A stretch of 38,820 nucleotides of DNA from a virus. Taxonomy: Duplodnaviria > Caudoviricetes. Below the pieces are notes generated by a model. The model was given only the letters and a program-made list of their open reading frames with translations, searched no databases and was not told the origin of the DNA. Shown here one piece after another: positions 17,743 through 28,500 of the stretch (positions are counted from its first letter, which is position 1; every line of letters starts with the position of its first letter). The DNA is taken from the IMG/VR virus record IMGVR_UViG_3300050161_000104, positions 1-38,820 of that record. One strand, given 5' to 3'. The position numbers and the translations under genes were made by a program.

Positions 17743-17778
17743 GTTTGGCCGAATGGGCCGATGAAAGGAAGAGTTCCG

Positions 17779-18543
17779 ATGGAATTGGAAAGCGAAGTCG
17801 CAACCGAAGTGGTCGCCAATGAATCCCCGGTCGAGAAAACACAGGCTGAACCCGTAGCGCCGCCCACGGTGGAAGAATTGGCGCGCGAGATGCGCTGGCT
17901 ACCGCAAGAAGAATATCGCGGCGATCCGGCCAAGTGGAAGCCCGCGCATGAATTCGTGAAGGCCACGGTCGATGTGAACCACAAGCTGGCGAACCGGCTC
18001 AAGGGCGTGGAGGATCAGCTTTCGCATGTGGCCCGCACCAGCGCGCAGATTACCGAGCGCGCGGTTAGCGATGCGCGGCAAAAGCTTTTGGACGAACGTG
18101 CCGAGGCCTTCGATACGGGCGACGCGGTCAAATTCAACCGGGCCGATAAGGAACTTGCGGAACTGCCCAAGGCAGCGCCTTTTGTGCCGCCGGAAACGCA
18201 AGATTTCATGGCGCGCAACGATTGGTTCGACAAGGACCAAGAGGCGACCGGGTGGGCTATTAACCGCACGAACGAACTGGCAAATCAGGGTTTGGGCACC
18301 GCGCGGCAATTGGCGATTGTCGAGCGCGAGGCCAAACAGCTTTTTCCCGAACTGTATCCTGAAAACAAGCCGCGTGCCCGCGCCGCCCCGCTTAACCAGC
18401 CCGGTGCACGGGGAGGCCAACCCGCCACAAAGACATTCGGGGCCATGCCAGCGGAGGCGCAAAAGGCGGCTTTGGAATACGAGGCGCGCGGTATTTGCAA
18501 GCGCGATGAATACGCGAAAACCTATTTCGAGCAGGAGGCTTGA
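17779..18543 (+). CDS. Capsid scaffolding protein
   Basis: Acidic coiled-coil protein upstream of capsid genes; start re-called at 17779. Confidence 0.7.
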   Translation: MELESEVATEVVANESPVEKTQAEPVAPPTVEELAREMRWLPQEEYRGDPAKWKPAHEFVKATVDVNHKLANRLKGVEDQLSHVARTSAQITERAVSDARQKLLDERAEAFDTGDAVKFNRADKELAELPKAAPFVPPETQDFMARNDWFDKDQEATGWAINRTNELANQGLGTARQLAIVEREAKQLFPELYPENKPRARAAPLNQPGARGGQPATKTFGAMPAEAQKAALEYEARGICKRDEYAKTYFEQEA

Positions 18544-18545
18544 AT

Positions 18546-18995
18546 ATGACCGATTTTCAGTTTACAGAGACTGTTGAAGTAGCAACCCGGCGTCCGGGAC
18601 GACCCCCAAGGGCCGAAGTGACGCAAGCCGAGCGCCGCCGCAGAGTTGGTGGCACAGCCGATAAGCTGGCCATCCCAGAATCCATCAAAGCAGCATACCC
18701 CGATATGGAGTTTCGGTGGGGGCGCGATGACGATGGCCGGATACAGCAGCTTACCCAAAGCGACGATTGGGACATTGTCCCCGGCGTTACGGAAATTCAC
18801 GGCGGGCCTGCACGTTCGGGCGGTGCGATGAAGCAGCACCTGCTTATGAAACCAAAGGCATTCATGGCGGCAGATCGGGCTGAAAAAATGACCGCTCTGA
18901 AGTCACTGGAACAGGATGCGCTGGCGCGTCCGACCGCCGAACGGGCACTGCAACAGGGCGCGGATATGTATTCCGTCCCCGGCAACAAACTATAG
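18546..18995 (+). CDS. Head-module hypothetical protein
   Basis: AGGAGG RBS; sits between scaffold and capsid genes. Confidence 0.7.
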   Translation: MTDFQFTETVEVATRRPGRPPRAEVTQAERRRRVGGTADKLAIPESIKAAYPDMEFRWGRDDDGRIQQLTQSDDWDIVPGVTEIHGGPARSGGAMKQHLLMKPKAFMAADRAEKMTALKSLEQDALARPTAERALQQGADMYSVPGNKL

Positions 18996-19004
18996 GAGGC
19001 TTTC

Positions 19005-19589
19005 ATGCCCTTTGGACTTAATCCCGTCCGTTACAAAAGCGGGGCACCCTATAACGGGGCGAACAACCGCTATTCTGTGGCGGCTGGCGAAACGAACAAC
19101 ATCTTTATCGGCGATCCCGTCATTATCTCCGGCACCGGCGATGTGGACGGCGTTCCCGGTGTGAACCTTGCTGCTGCTGGCGACCGCATCACCGGCGTGG
19201 TGGTGGGTTTTGGCTCGGCACCGCTTGCGGCAGGTGGTTCCACCACGGCCATCAATCGCGGCTATCGGACGGCTTCCACGGCGGATTTTCTGCTTGTGGC
19301 GGACGACCCGGCGCTGCTGTTTGAAGCAAACGAGGACGGCGTTGGCGGCTTCTTGGCTACCACCAGCATCGGCCTCAATGTCGATTTGATTGGTGGCACA
19401 GGTAACACCTACACCAAGAAGTCCGGCTATATGCTGGACAGTTCGACCGCCGCCACGACCACCAACGGCGTCCGGGTATGGGGTGTTTCGCCCCGTGTCA
19501 GCAACGCGCTGGGCACGGTCACGACCGCATGGTTGGTTTCGATTATCGAAGCAACTGAAACCCCCGCCGCTGGCACCACCGGCGTCTAA
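19005..19589 (+). CDS. Minor capsid / cement (decoration) protein
   Basis: MPFGLNPVRY, IFIGDPV, ADDPALLFE; Gly/Thr-rich; precedes the MCP; AGGAGG RBS. Confidence 0.7.
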   Translation: MPFGLNPVRYKSGAPYNGANNRYSVAAGETNNIFIGDPVIISGTGDVDGVPGVNLAAAGDRITGVVVGFGSAPLAAGGSTTAINRGYRTASTADFLLVADDPALLFEANEDGVGGFLATTSIGLNVDLIGGTGNTYTKKSGYMLDSSTAATTTNGVRVWGVSPRVSNALGTVTTAWLVSIIEATETPAAGTTGV

Positions 19590-19605
19590 TAGGGAGGACT
19601 GAGAA

Positions 19606-20523
19606 ATGGTTACCACACGCTCTGCTCACCCCTCGGCGCTATGGCCGGGGATTTATGCTTGGTTCGGCAAGAACTACAAGGACATGCCCAAGGCCTATGA
19701 GGCTTATTTCCAGATGGAAACAAGCGACAAGTCCTTTGAGGAAGTCTCGGAAGCTTACGGTTTCGGCCTTGCCTACGAGAAGTCCGAAGGTTCTTCGATC
19801 CAGTATGATTCGGACGGCGAAGGCAGTAAGACCCGCTTCACAAACAAGACCTATGGCCTCGGCTATATCGTGACGCGCGAAGCTACCGAGGACAACCAAT
19901 ACAAGCAATTGGCCGAGCGCCGGTCGTTTGAATTGGCCCGTTCGATGAATGCAACCAAGTGCATTGTCCACGCCAATATCCTGAACCGGGGCTTTTCCAG
20001 TTCGTATGTCGGCGGCGATGGCGTGGCGCTGTTTTCGGCGGCTCACCCCGCTGCTACCGGCGTCAACCAGTCGAACCTGTTGACCGCTGCGGACCTTTCC
20101 GAAGCTGCACTGGAAGCTGCTGCCACCCGTGTGATGCTGCTGGAGAATTCGCGCGGTATCAAGGTTGGTGCGAAGCCCAAGACGCTTATCATTCACCCTT
20201 CGGAATGGGCGAATGCGAAGCGCATCTTGGAAAGCACGCTGCAAAGCGGTGTCTCGACCGATACGACCAATACGAACAACATCAACGCGCTCAAGGTTGC
20301 GGGTGTGGTGGATCAGATCGTGATGGACCCGTATCTGACGGATGCCGATGCCTGGTTCCTGACGACTGATTTGCCTTACGGGCTGATGTCGTTCCAGCGG
20401 CGCGCGCTGGAATTCAAGCAGGACAACGACTTCGACACCGAAAACGCGAAGGCGAAGGCCACGGAACGTTACGTTCCGGGTTGGGCTGATTTCCGGGGCA
20501 TTCTCGGTTCTGCCGGAGCATAG
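19606..20523 (+). CDS. Major capsid protein (HK97 fold, Mu GpT-like family)
   Basis: 305 aa; HPSALWPG, GDGVALFSAAHP, PKTLIIHP, PYLTDADAWFL, DFDT...KATERY; strong RBS and downstream terminator. Confidence 0.9.
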   Translation: MVTTRSAHPSALWPGIYAWFGKNYKDMPKAYEAYFQMETSDKSFEEVSEAYGFGLAYEKSEGSSIQYDSDGEGSKTRFTNKTYGLGYIVTREATEDNQYKQLAERRSFELARSMNATKCIVHANILNRGFSSSYVGGDGVALFSAAHPAATGVNQSNLLTAADLSEAALEAAATRVMLLENSRGIKVGAKPKTLIIHPSEWANAKRILESTLQSGVSTDTTNTNNINALKVAGVVDQIVMDPYLTDADAWFLTTDLPYGLMSFQRRALEFKQDNDFDTENAKAKATERYVPGWADFRGILGSAGA

Positions 20524-20543
20524 ACTCTTGAATTAATGGGAAA

Positions 20544-20577
20544 GCCCCGCGCCCATGAAAAGGCGGGGCCATTTTTT
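20544..20577 (+). terminator. Intrinsic terminator after the MCP gene
   Basis: GCCCCGC (20544-20550) / GCGGGGC (20563-20569) stem, then CATTTTTT. Confidence 0.6.
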
Positions 20578-20593
20578 CAAGCTAGGGCAAGCG

Positions 20594-20827
20594 ATGTATT
20601 CACCTGGCGGCACGAAAGCTATTTGTGATCGGTGTGGTTTTGAATATCCGCTGAAATCACTGCGCAAGGAATGGACCGGACTGATGGTTTGCGCGAAGGA
20701 TTTTGACGAAAAGCCCGCGCAACTTACGCCGCCCATTGTCCGTGCTGAGGGTGTGGACCTGCCGAATGCGCGGCCTGACAACCAGACCAATGACAGCCCG
20801 AACACCACCACGCCGGGTGATCTATGA
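20594..20827 (+). CDS. Small Cys-containing podoviral protein
   Basis: AICDRCGFEYPL..LRKEWTGLMVC motif; ATG at 20594. Confidence 0.7.
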   Translation: MYSPGGTKAICDRCGFEYPLKSLRKEWTGLMVCAKDFDEKPAQLTPPIVRAEGVDLPNARPDNQTNDSPNTTTPGDL

Positions 20828-21483
20828 CCACGAGCGGAACCACAGCATTCACGTTGACCGCGCGCGATATTATCACGCAAGCGCTGGCAGACGAATTGGC
20901 GGTATTCGGCATGGGCGAGGCCGTGGATGTCGATGCCGCAAACGGGGCTTTGCGGGCGCTCAATTCCATGATGAAAACATGGCAAATGGACGGAGTTACA
21001 TGGAAGCAGGAAACGATTAGCCAAGCCATTGCGGCGGCGACGGCGAATGTCACCTTGCCTACCTATGTGCGTGAGGTAAACGGCGCGCGGTTTGTGAACA
21101 GCGCCACAAACGAGCGCCAGATGGTGCGCTATGAGCGGGACGAATACCGGATATTGCCCAACAAGGCGGCGGTGGGGGCATCTACGGCATTCATTATCGA
21201 GCGGACCGGCACGGCATTGGTTATGCGCGTGTGGCCTGTGCCAGCGGCTGCGGCAACGGTGAAGCTGGATATTGACCGCAAGATTGATACGGTAACAGAC
21301 CTTTCCGAAACGGTCGACGTGCCGGAAGAATTGGTGGAAACCGTGGTGACCAACTTGGCATTGCGGCTGATGGGCCGATACCGGGTTGACGGCGTGCCGG
21401 AATTGGTGGCGCGGGCGCAAATGCTAGAGCGCAAGATGATGGATACATACCGGCCCGCGTCCTATTTCATGGGCGCATGGTAA
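20824..21483 (+). CDS. Head-to-tail adaptor (P22 gp4-like)
   Basis: MTTSGT...ARDIITQAL...ALRALNSMMKTW, VWPVP, NLALRL; position in module. Confidence 0.75.
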   Translation: MTTSGTTAFTLTARDIITQALADELAVFGMGEAVDVDAANGALRALNSMMKTWQMDGVTWKQETISQAIAAATANVTLPTYVREVNGARFVNSATNERQMVRYERDEYRILPNKAAVGASTAFIIERTGTALVMRVWPVPAAAATVKLDIDRKIDTVTDLSETVDVPEELVETVVTNLALRLMGRYRVDGVPELVARAQMLERKMMDTYRPASYFMGAW

Positions 21484-22845
21484 ATGGGCACGATCACCCT
21501 TGCCCGGTCCAGTTATGAACGCAGCGAAGGCAATTTGCCGCCGTTCCGGGTTGAGAATATGTTTGCCGAGGAAAGCCCTACCGAGGAAGGCGGGGTAATC
21601 CTGCAATCTCGGCGGGGGCTTGCCGACCGTAGCGCCAGCATGGGCGCGGGGCCGGTGCGGGCGCTGTTTCGGCGCGACTTGGTGTTGTCAACGGCATTGT
21701 TCGGGGTTAGCGGCGCGGCGCTGTATAACGGGACGACCTCACTAGGCACGATTACCGGTAGCGGCTTTGTGTCGATGGCGGGCAATGAAATCGGCCTGAT
21801 GATCGCAGCGGGGGCCAGCCTGCATTATTGGAACGGCACAACCTTGGCGGTGGTGGCCTTCCCCGATAGCGCCAATGTGGTGCATGTTTTTACAGGCGGT
21901 TCGCGGTTTTGGACGATCCGGGCTGACACGGGTAAGCTGTATTGGACGGATTCGCTAGAGGCCGATATCGAGGCACTGGACTTCGCCACGGCTGAAAGCT
22001 TCCCTGATAGGCTTTTGCAGGGCTTGTGGATCGACGGCATGGCGATGCTGTTCGGTAAGGAAAGTATCGAGTTTTGGGCACAGACTGGCAATAGTGATTT
22101 GCCGATCAAGCCTCTGCAAAACATGGTTATCGAGGAGGGCTTGAAGGCCACGGGATGCGCAGCGGCGATCGGCGAGACGTTTGCCGCCGTCACCAGCAAA
22201 AACCGGATTATCTACGGGGCGCAAGGCCAAGTCATCAGCAACGCAGGGCTTGAAGCCAAGATCGAAACATCGGCGTCGTGGTCGCTATTTTCGTTCTTGG
22301 ATGGGGGCACGGAGTTTCTTGCGTTGCGGCTGGATGGTGAAACGCAGGCGTGGAACCCGCGAACGAATACATGGGCGGAATGGGGCACGTTTGGGCGTGC
22401 CAATTGGGCGGCGCAGTGCTGGGCTGACGGTGTGTTTGGTTCGGCGGTGGACGGTAAAACGCTGGCATGGGCGGATGGTTACAGCGATGCGTTGGCGACC
22501 GTGGGAATATTGCGCCGCCAGTTCAACGCGGGCTTCGCGCAAAACAGCGGCGGGCTTGTTATCAACAATGTGGGCTTGCGGGTGAATGTAGGCCAGACGC
22601 CCTATTTGACCGGCGATTATGCCGAGCCAGCCATTGAAATGCGGGTCTCGCGCAACGCGGGCCAGACTTGGGGCAACCCTCGCGCGGCGAGTTTGGGCAC
22701 GCAGGGGGATTACCGGCAGATGGTGCAATGGCGCGGGCTGGGACAATCGACCAGCCCCGGTTTCTTGGCAGAGTTCACGTTGACCGCGCCAGTTCCGCTG
22801 CGGGTATCGTCTTGCTTTATCAATGAACAGTGGGGTGGGCGGTAA
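21484..22845 (+). CDS. Tail hub / packaged DNA stabilisation protein (P22 gp10-like)
   Basis: Beta-propeller-like sequence; LDFATAE..PD, SIEFW..TG, GQTW, WRGLG motifs. Confidence 0.8.
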   Translation: MGTITLARSSYERSEGNLPPFRVENMFAEESPTEEGGVILQSRRGLADRSASMGAGPVRALFRRDLVLSTALFGVSGAALYNGTTSLGTITGSGFVSMAGNEIGLMIAAGASLHYWNGTTLAVVAFPDSANVVHVFTGGSRFWTIRADTGKLYWTDSLEADIEALDFATAESFPDRLLQGLWIDGMAMLFGKESIEFWAQTGNSDLPIKPLQNMVIEEGLKATGCAAAIGETFAAVTSKNRIIYGAQGQVISNAGLEAKIETSASWSLFSFLDGGTEFLALRLDGETQAWNPRTNTWAEWGTFGRANWAAQCWADGVFGSAVDGKTLAWADGYSDALATVGILRRQFNAGFAQNSGGLVINNVGLRVNVGQTPYLTGDYAEPAIEMRVSRNAGQTWGNPRAASLGTQGDYRQMVQWRGLGQSTSPGFLAEFTLTAPVPLRVSSCFINEQWGGR

Positions 22846-23426
22846 TGGCGAGTAATGCCTATCTCGACCGGCTTGTTGCATTCGACCAGCTCATCAACAA
22901 GGACGGCACGCCTACACTTCGTTTTATGGCGATCTGGCAAAGCCTGTGCGAGAAATCGGAAGCGGTTGACGCGCTGCAACAGGAACAAATCGACGCGATC
23001 CTAGCGGCGCAAACGGCGGCGGATAACGCCAACGCAGCGGCGGACGCTGCTCAGTCGGCGGCGACCGATTTAACATCGGCACAGGAGCTATCGAACAGCA
23101 GCCTTAACCCGCCTGTTGTGCTTTCGGCGGCATCGACGGGCGTAATCACCATAACAGGCCACAACCGTGTTTACGGCGGTTCAGGCGGCACTGTGGCGAT
23201 TACTGGTGGCACGGTAAGCGGGTTTGCATCCGGGGACTATGTGAACGTCTATTACAGCGACGCAACCCGTGCAGGCGGCACGGTGACGTTCCTAGGCACT
23301 ACCGGGACTATTGCGCAGGAAGGTGCTATTCACACGATTGGCGGGGTGCAAATCCCGGTGACGGGGTCAGAGAATGGTTATGGCTATTATCCACCGGGGT
23401 ATATCCCCCCATATTACAGCTACTGA
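22845..23426 (+). CDS. Tail needle / plug-like protein
   Basis: N-terminal INKDGTPT..F motif, Ala-rich coiled coil and beta-rich knob; directly after the gp10-like gene. Confidence 0.55.
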   Translation: MASNAYLDRLVAFDQLINKDGTPTLRFMAIWQSLCEKSEAVDALQQEQIDAILAAQTAADNANAAADAAQSAATDLTSAQELSNSSLNPPVVLSAASTGVITITGHNRVYGGSGGTVAITGGTVSGFASGDYVNVYYSDATRAGGTVTFLGTTGTIAQEGAIHTIGGVQIPVTGSENGYGYYPPGYIPPYYSY

Positions 23427-23848
23427 TGATCCGGGAGGCCACCCTAGCAGATATTCCAGCAATGCTGGAATTGGGCGAGCGGTTCGCGGATGACGCGGGC
23501 GTGACCGATTGGGTTGAATGGGACGCGGACAGCGTAACCGCGATGCTCGTTTTTCTGATCGAGGACGACAACGGTATTTGTCTGGTGACGGACGGGGGCA
23601 TGTTCGGCGGGTTTGTTTTCCCGCATGAGTTCAACAAGAATATGCTCGTTTTCAAGGAAGTTTTCTGGCGCGCGGAACGCGGCGGGGGTGTGCGGATGCT
23701 CAAGCGGGGGGAATCGTGGGCCAAGGCTAAGGGGGCTGTTATTTGTGGCATGTTCGCTCCGATTAAGGTAGTGAACAGCGATGTAGGCCAGCTTTACGAG
23801 CGGCTGGGATATTCGCCGTCCGAGCGCATTTACATGAAGGGTTTATAG
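23426..23848 (+). CDS. GNAT-fold acetyltransferase-like protein
   Basis: MIREATLADIP, RGGGVRML...ESWAK, LYERLGY. Confidence 0.75.
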   Translation: MIREATLADIPAMLELGERFADDAGVTDWVEWDADSVTAMLVFLIEDDNGICLVTDGGMFGGFVFPHEFNKNMLVFKEVFWRAERGGGVRMLKRGESWAKAKGAVICGMFAPIKVVNSDVGQLYERLGYSPSERIYMKGL

Positions 23849-23849
23849 G

Positions 23850-24470
23850 ATGGCTTTGTTCAGCACCATCGGTTCGATCATCAACGCCAAGTCGCAGAAC
23901 AAGCAGGCGGCGAAGGCGGGCGAAATCGCGACCCAGAACAACACGGCGAACAATGCCCTTGCGCAGGGCATATTCAACACCAATCAGGCCAATCTCACCC
24001 CGTATATGAACGCGGGGACGCAGCCGCTTAGCCTGATGCAAGGCGCGTTGGGGTATGGCGATCAGGGCGCTTACAGGGGGGCGTTCCAGAATTTCATCAA
24101 CAACAGCGATTATGGGTTCCAGCAACAGCAGGGCATGGATACGCTTTCTAGCCAAGCATCCGGCGGCGGATGGCTGCAATCGGGTGCGGCACTGCAAGAG
24201 GGCGAACGGTTCAAGCAGAACCTGCAAAGCGGCTACCGGCAGGAATATAACAACATGCTCGGAAATCAGCAGGCGTTGGGTCTTTCTGGTGCGTCGGCAC
24301 TGGCTGGCGTTAGCCAGAACTACACCAACACAGTGAGCGCGAACAACAACCTTGGCGCACAGGGGGCGGCGAATGCCTTGCTTGCGCGGCAAAACCCGCT
24401 TGCGAACGGGCTGGCTAGTTATGGCGGGGCGCTGCAAGGCATGTTGCCCGGTCTGGGAGGTATGTTCTGA
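23850..24470 (+). CDS. Ejection (DNA transfer) protein, P22 gp7-like
   Basis: N/Q/G/A-rich; PYMNAG, YGFQQQQG, G.LQSGAAL motifs. Confidence 0.75.
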   Translation: MALFSTIGSIINAKSQNKQAAKAGEIATQNNTANNALAQGIFNTNQANLTPYMNAGTQPLSLMQGALGYGDQGAYRGAFQNFINNSDYGFQQQQGMDTLSSQASGGGWLQSGAALQEGERFKQNLQSGYRQEYNNMLGNQQALGLSGASALAGVSQNYTNTVSANNNLGAQGAANALLARQNPLANGLASYGGALQGMLPGLGGMF

Positions 24471-25291
24471 TGTCGGAAATCAACTTTGGGCTGCTGCAAA
24501 ACGGGCAGAGCGGCTTTCAGAACGCGCTCTCTAACGGCCTGCGGGCGGGGGCTGCATTTTCGGGCATGATGCAACAGCGGGAGGAAGCACAGCGCCGCAA
24601 TGCGCTTTCCACCTATGCTGCGAACCCCACCCGTGAAGGCTTGGGCGCGCTGGCGCAGTATCAGCCGGAAGCGGCGATACAAGAACGCGGGCGGTTCGAT
24701 CAGCAGGACCAACAGCAACAGACGCAGTCGCGCGAGCAATTGCCGGTTATGATCCGCCTATTGGATTCTGCAACCGATGAGGCGGGTTGGGACCGGGCTG
24801 TTCAACAGGCCCAGCAATATGGGTTTGACGTTAGCCGCGTCCCGCAGACGTTCGATCCGGCATGGCGCGATAGCACGCGGCAAATAGCGAACGCTATGCA
24901 CACTATGCCGCCGCAAGAATTAACGACTGTGGCGCAAAATGTTATGGCCGCGCTTCCAACGGCAAACCGTAGTGTAGACGACCCCATGTTCATTGCGGCG
25001 ATGGGGCGCGCATTGTCGCAAGCAACGCCGGTTGAGCCGGGCGGGCGCGTTATCTCGCGCAACCCGATTACCGGCGAAACCACAGACCTTGTGCTGCCGG
25101 GGAATGGGCCTGGCGGCGCGTCGCCAGAAAAAGCACCCGGACCGAGCGATATCCCGCAAGATGCCATCGAAGCCTTTCTGCGCGGCGAAGGAACGGCGGC
25201 TCAATTCGATGAGGTATTCGGGCTGGGTGCGAGCGCCAGAGTGATGGGAGGTGCCGGTAGCAATGCCGGTGGCGGCTTTCCGGGGCGTTGA
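24470..25291 (+). CDS. Ejection (DNA transfer) protein, gp20-position
   Basis: Q-rich helical protein between the gp7-like and gp16-like genes. Confidence 0.65.
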   Translation: MSEINFGLLQNGQSGFQNALSNGLRAGAAFSGMMQQREEAQRRNALSTYAANPTREGLGALAQYQPEAAIQERGRFDQQDQQQQTQSREQLPVMIRLLDSATDEAGWDRAVQQAQQYGFDVSRVPQTFDPAWRDSTRQIANAMHTMPPQELTTVAQNVMAALPTANRSVDDPMFIAAMGRALSQATPVEPGGRVISRNPITGETTDLVLPGNGPGGASPEKAPGPSDIPQDAIEAFLRGEGTAAQFDEVFGLGASARVMGGAGSNAGGGFPGR

Positions 25292-25520
25292 TGGTGAGCG
25301 TGTGACAAGCGGATACCGGACGCCGGAACATAACCGTGAGGTCGGCGGGGTTGCCAACAGCTATCACACGCGCCGCGATGCGCAGGGCAACCCGTTGGCG
25401 CGTGACAGCGTGCCCCCGCGCGGGATGAGCCTTGCTGAATACGCGCGCCAGTTGCGCGCCGCCAACCCGCATTTGCAGGTGATCCTAGAGAGCGATCACG
25501 TCCATATGGAGCCACGCTGA
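25263..25520 (+). CDS. Peptidase M15-like zinc D-Ala-D-Ala peptidase domain; separate gene or +1 frameshift extension of the upstream ejection protein
   Basis: VTSGYRTPEHNREVGGVANSYH...ARD...DHVH motifs; +1 frame relative to 24470-25291 with a 29-nt overlap. Confidence 0.8.
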   Translation: MPVAAFRGVDGERVTSGYRTPEHNREVGGVANSYHTRRDAQGNPLARDSVPPRGMSLAEYARQLRAANPHLQVILESDHVHMEPR

Positions 25521-25521
25521 T

Positions 25522-28500
25522 ATGCCCGACAACCCCTTTGCTAAATATGGTCAGCCATCGGCACAAGCCACGCCGGTCTATTCGGGCGTTAACCCAGATG
25601 ACGCACGCGCTGATGCGTCTGCGGCGCGTGCCGACCGTGCGGCGGCGGATGCGACTGCGCAGCGCGTAACATCGAACGATATTGCGTCCCGCCGTTTGGG
25701 AATTTCAGAGCGTGACGAGGCGCGCACACTAAACCGCGAATCGCAGGGTTTTGATGCAACCGAAGGCGAACGGAAATCGGGCGCTTTCCTTATCCGCGCT
25801 TATGGCGCGGCTGATACCTATGACCGCACCGGCGTTGGCGCGCGGTCCTATATCGGGCAGGCGCTCGAAAACAACGCGCCGGACCTGCAAAACCAATTTA
25901 CCGAATGGCCCGTCGGTAACAGCCCGGAACGGCAGGTGGCACAATCGGCGCAGAATGAATTTATCGCGGCAACACTCCGCCAAGATTCTGGCGCGGCCAT
26001 ACCCCCGGATGAATTGGAGCGCCAGCGCCGTATTTACTTCCCCATGCCCGGCGAGGGTGAGGAGGTTATTGAACAAAAGCGCCAAGCCCGCGCACGGGCC
26101 ATCGCAGGGCTTGAGCAATCAGCAGGCAGACTGCGTGAGAGTTCGCAAGCGGAATATAACGCGCTAGAGGTGGCCGCTGGACGCCGTTCCCGAAATGACG
26201 TGCCGTTCCCGCGCCGCGATGATGCGCCAGTTGCGGGCATGCAAACACCCCCTGGCGGCGGTTCGCCTCCCGGTGGCGGCACACGCGCGCCCACGCAGCG
26301 AGAAATATATGCCAACGGTATCCAGTTCGGCATGGATGGTTCGCAGGACCGTGGGTTTGATCGCGCGCAATACATGCGAGAAACTTATGGCTTGGATGGT
26401 GACGACGAGGACCTAATTGTTGGGTTCTACACAGCCAATAGCGGCAACGATGGGTTAACCCCCGAAGGAATGCGCCGCTGGTATGAAGCCAACGGGATCA
26501 ATGGACCTGTCATAGGTTATCAGGCGGCAGTCGACCGTTTGAAGTCGACTGCCGCCGGCACTCGCTGGAGGAATATCAACACGGCTGACGCCGAAGCCGC
26601 GCGCAATGCGGAACTGGACGCAGCGATTGAACAGCGCGGGCTTAACCCTGAAAGCCAAGGAGACGCATTCGGCGCTGGGGCGGTGCAAGGATCAACGCTT
26701 GGCGGTGCAGACGAACTAGGCGGCGTCATTGGCCGCGATGGGGCAATCTCCGCTCTGTTAAACGGGGGTAATATGGTCGATGGATATCAGCGCGAAAGAG
26801 ATATCCAGCGGCGGATGAGCGAACGGGCCACGGATGCCCATCCGTGGGCTACGCTTGGCGGCAACATGGTTGGCGGTCTTGCCACTGGCGGTCTTGGCAT
26901 GGAAGCTGGCGGGGTAAGAACCGCGTCCGGCGCGGCGCGTATTGGTGCGCTTGAGGGCGGCATTACGGGCTTTAACAGCGGGGAGGGTGCAGGCGGGAGT
27001 CTTGGCGGCGCGGCACTCGGCGCGGCTGGCGGTGCAGCACTGGGCGGCGCGCTGCAATATGCAGGCTCGCGCGCGGCCAATACTCTCTCGCAGAGATTGG
27101 AGCGCCGCGCCGCTGATCGGGCCGGTATTTCTGGCAGGGCGAATGCTCTTGCCGATGCTGGTTTGGCTGAAAATGTGACGGTGAACCGGGCAATGGTTAA
27201 CCCTCAATCAAACAACGCTGTAACACGTGCTGATGCTTCATATGTGGGAGGCCCCACGATTCAGCGCGAGATGAACGCCGTCGCTGGGCAGGTCGAAGCC
27301 GCCGTTACAAACAATCTTGGGAGGGGAGGCCGCGCCCTTGACGATGTGGCGCTAGGCGATAGCGTCGAGAATGCGGCGTTGCGGGCGATTAAGACCACTG
27401 GGGCAACCGCACGGCGGCGCTATGATAGAGCGGAGCAATTGGCGGCAGACGCCCGCGTGACACCCTATGAAAGCGCGAATGCCGCCCGCGATATGATCCG
27501 CGTCCTATCGGAAACACCCTCAACCAACAAAGAGGAGATTAAGTTTCTGCGTAGTATTGCATCCGATTTGGGCACAGATTTATCTGTAGGCTCCTTGCGC
27601 CGGATGCGCACGCAATTGCGTAAGCGGATCAGTCGCGGGGAGTTAACCTTTGGCGAAGATGAGGCCCGCGTTTTGGGGATCATGGACACAGCGGCGGCTG
27701 ATATCCGCACAGGGCTTGCCGCACAAGGCAAGCATGAGGCCGCGCGGGCGTTCGATACAGCAGATCGTGCATATTCCGCACGGATGGAATATATCGGAGG
27801 CGTCCTGCAAAAGGTGTTGGGCAAGCGTAGCGCGAACCGAACTGCGGAGGCGATGGCAAGGCAGGTCCGGTCAATGACCCGCAATGATGAGCGGGGATTG
27901 CGACAGCTGTATGCCTCAATGGAACCGGGGGAGGCGCTAGACGTATCAGCTACGTTCGCGGCAGAATTAGGGAGGCGCGGCGGTAATGGCGAAAGCGCGT
28001 TTTCCATCCCGATATTCAACACGCAAACGGCGGGCATGTCGGAGGGAACCTTGCGGACATTGTTCGGTGAGGGAGGCGCTCAATCGGTGAAAAACCTCCG
28101 ACTGTTGGGCCGCGAAGTTGATCGGGTCATGTCGTCAATGAACAGCCGCACCAGTAAGAGTGGCGTCGCTGGCAACGCACAACAATGGCTATTTAGTTTG
28201 CTGGGCAGCGCGGGCGTGGGTGCCGCCAGTAGCGGCACGGGCGGGGCGTTCGTGGCGGGAACCGCCGGGCTTGCCGCAAAGTCCGGCACAGAATTATTGT
28301 CCGCGCGCGCGCTTATGTCCCCGCGCATCACTAAGTGGCTGTTGCAAGCGCCGCCGTCATCATCCCCTGCCGCCATTAATCAATGGTTCGGGCGACTGCG
28401 ATCAATTGCCGCGCGCGAGCCTGCATTGGCAACAGACGTGAGCGCAATTGAGCGGACGATTATGTCATGGGCCAACGACAACGGCGCGACCGTAACCAAT

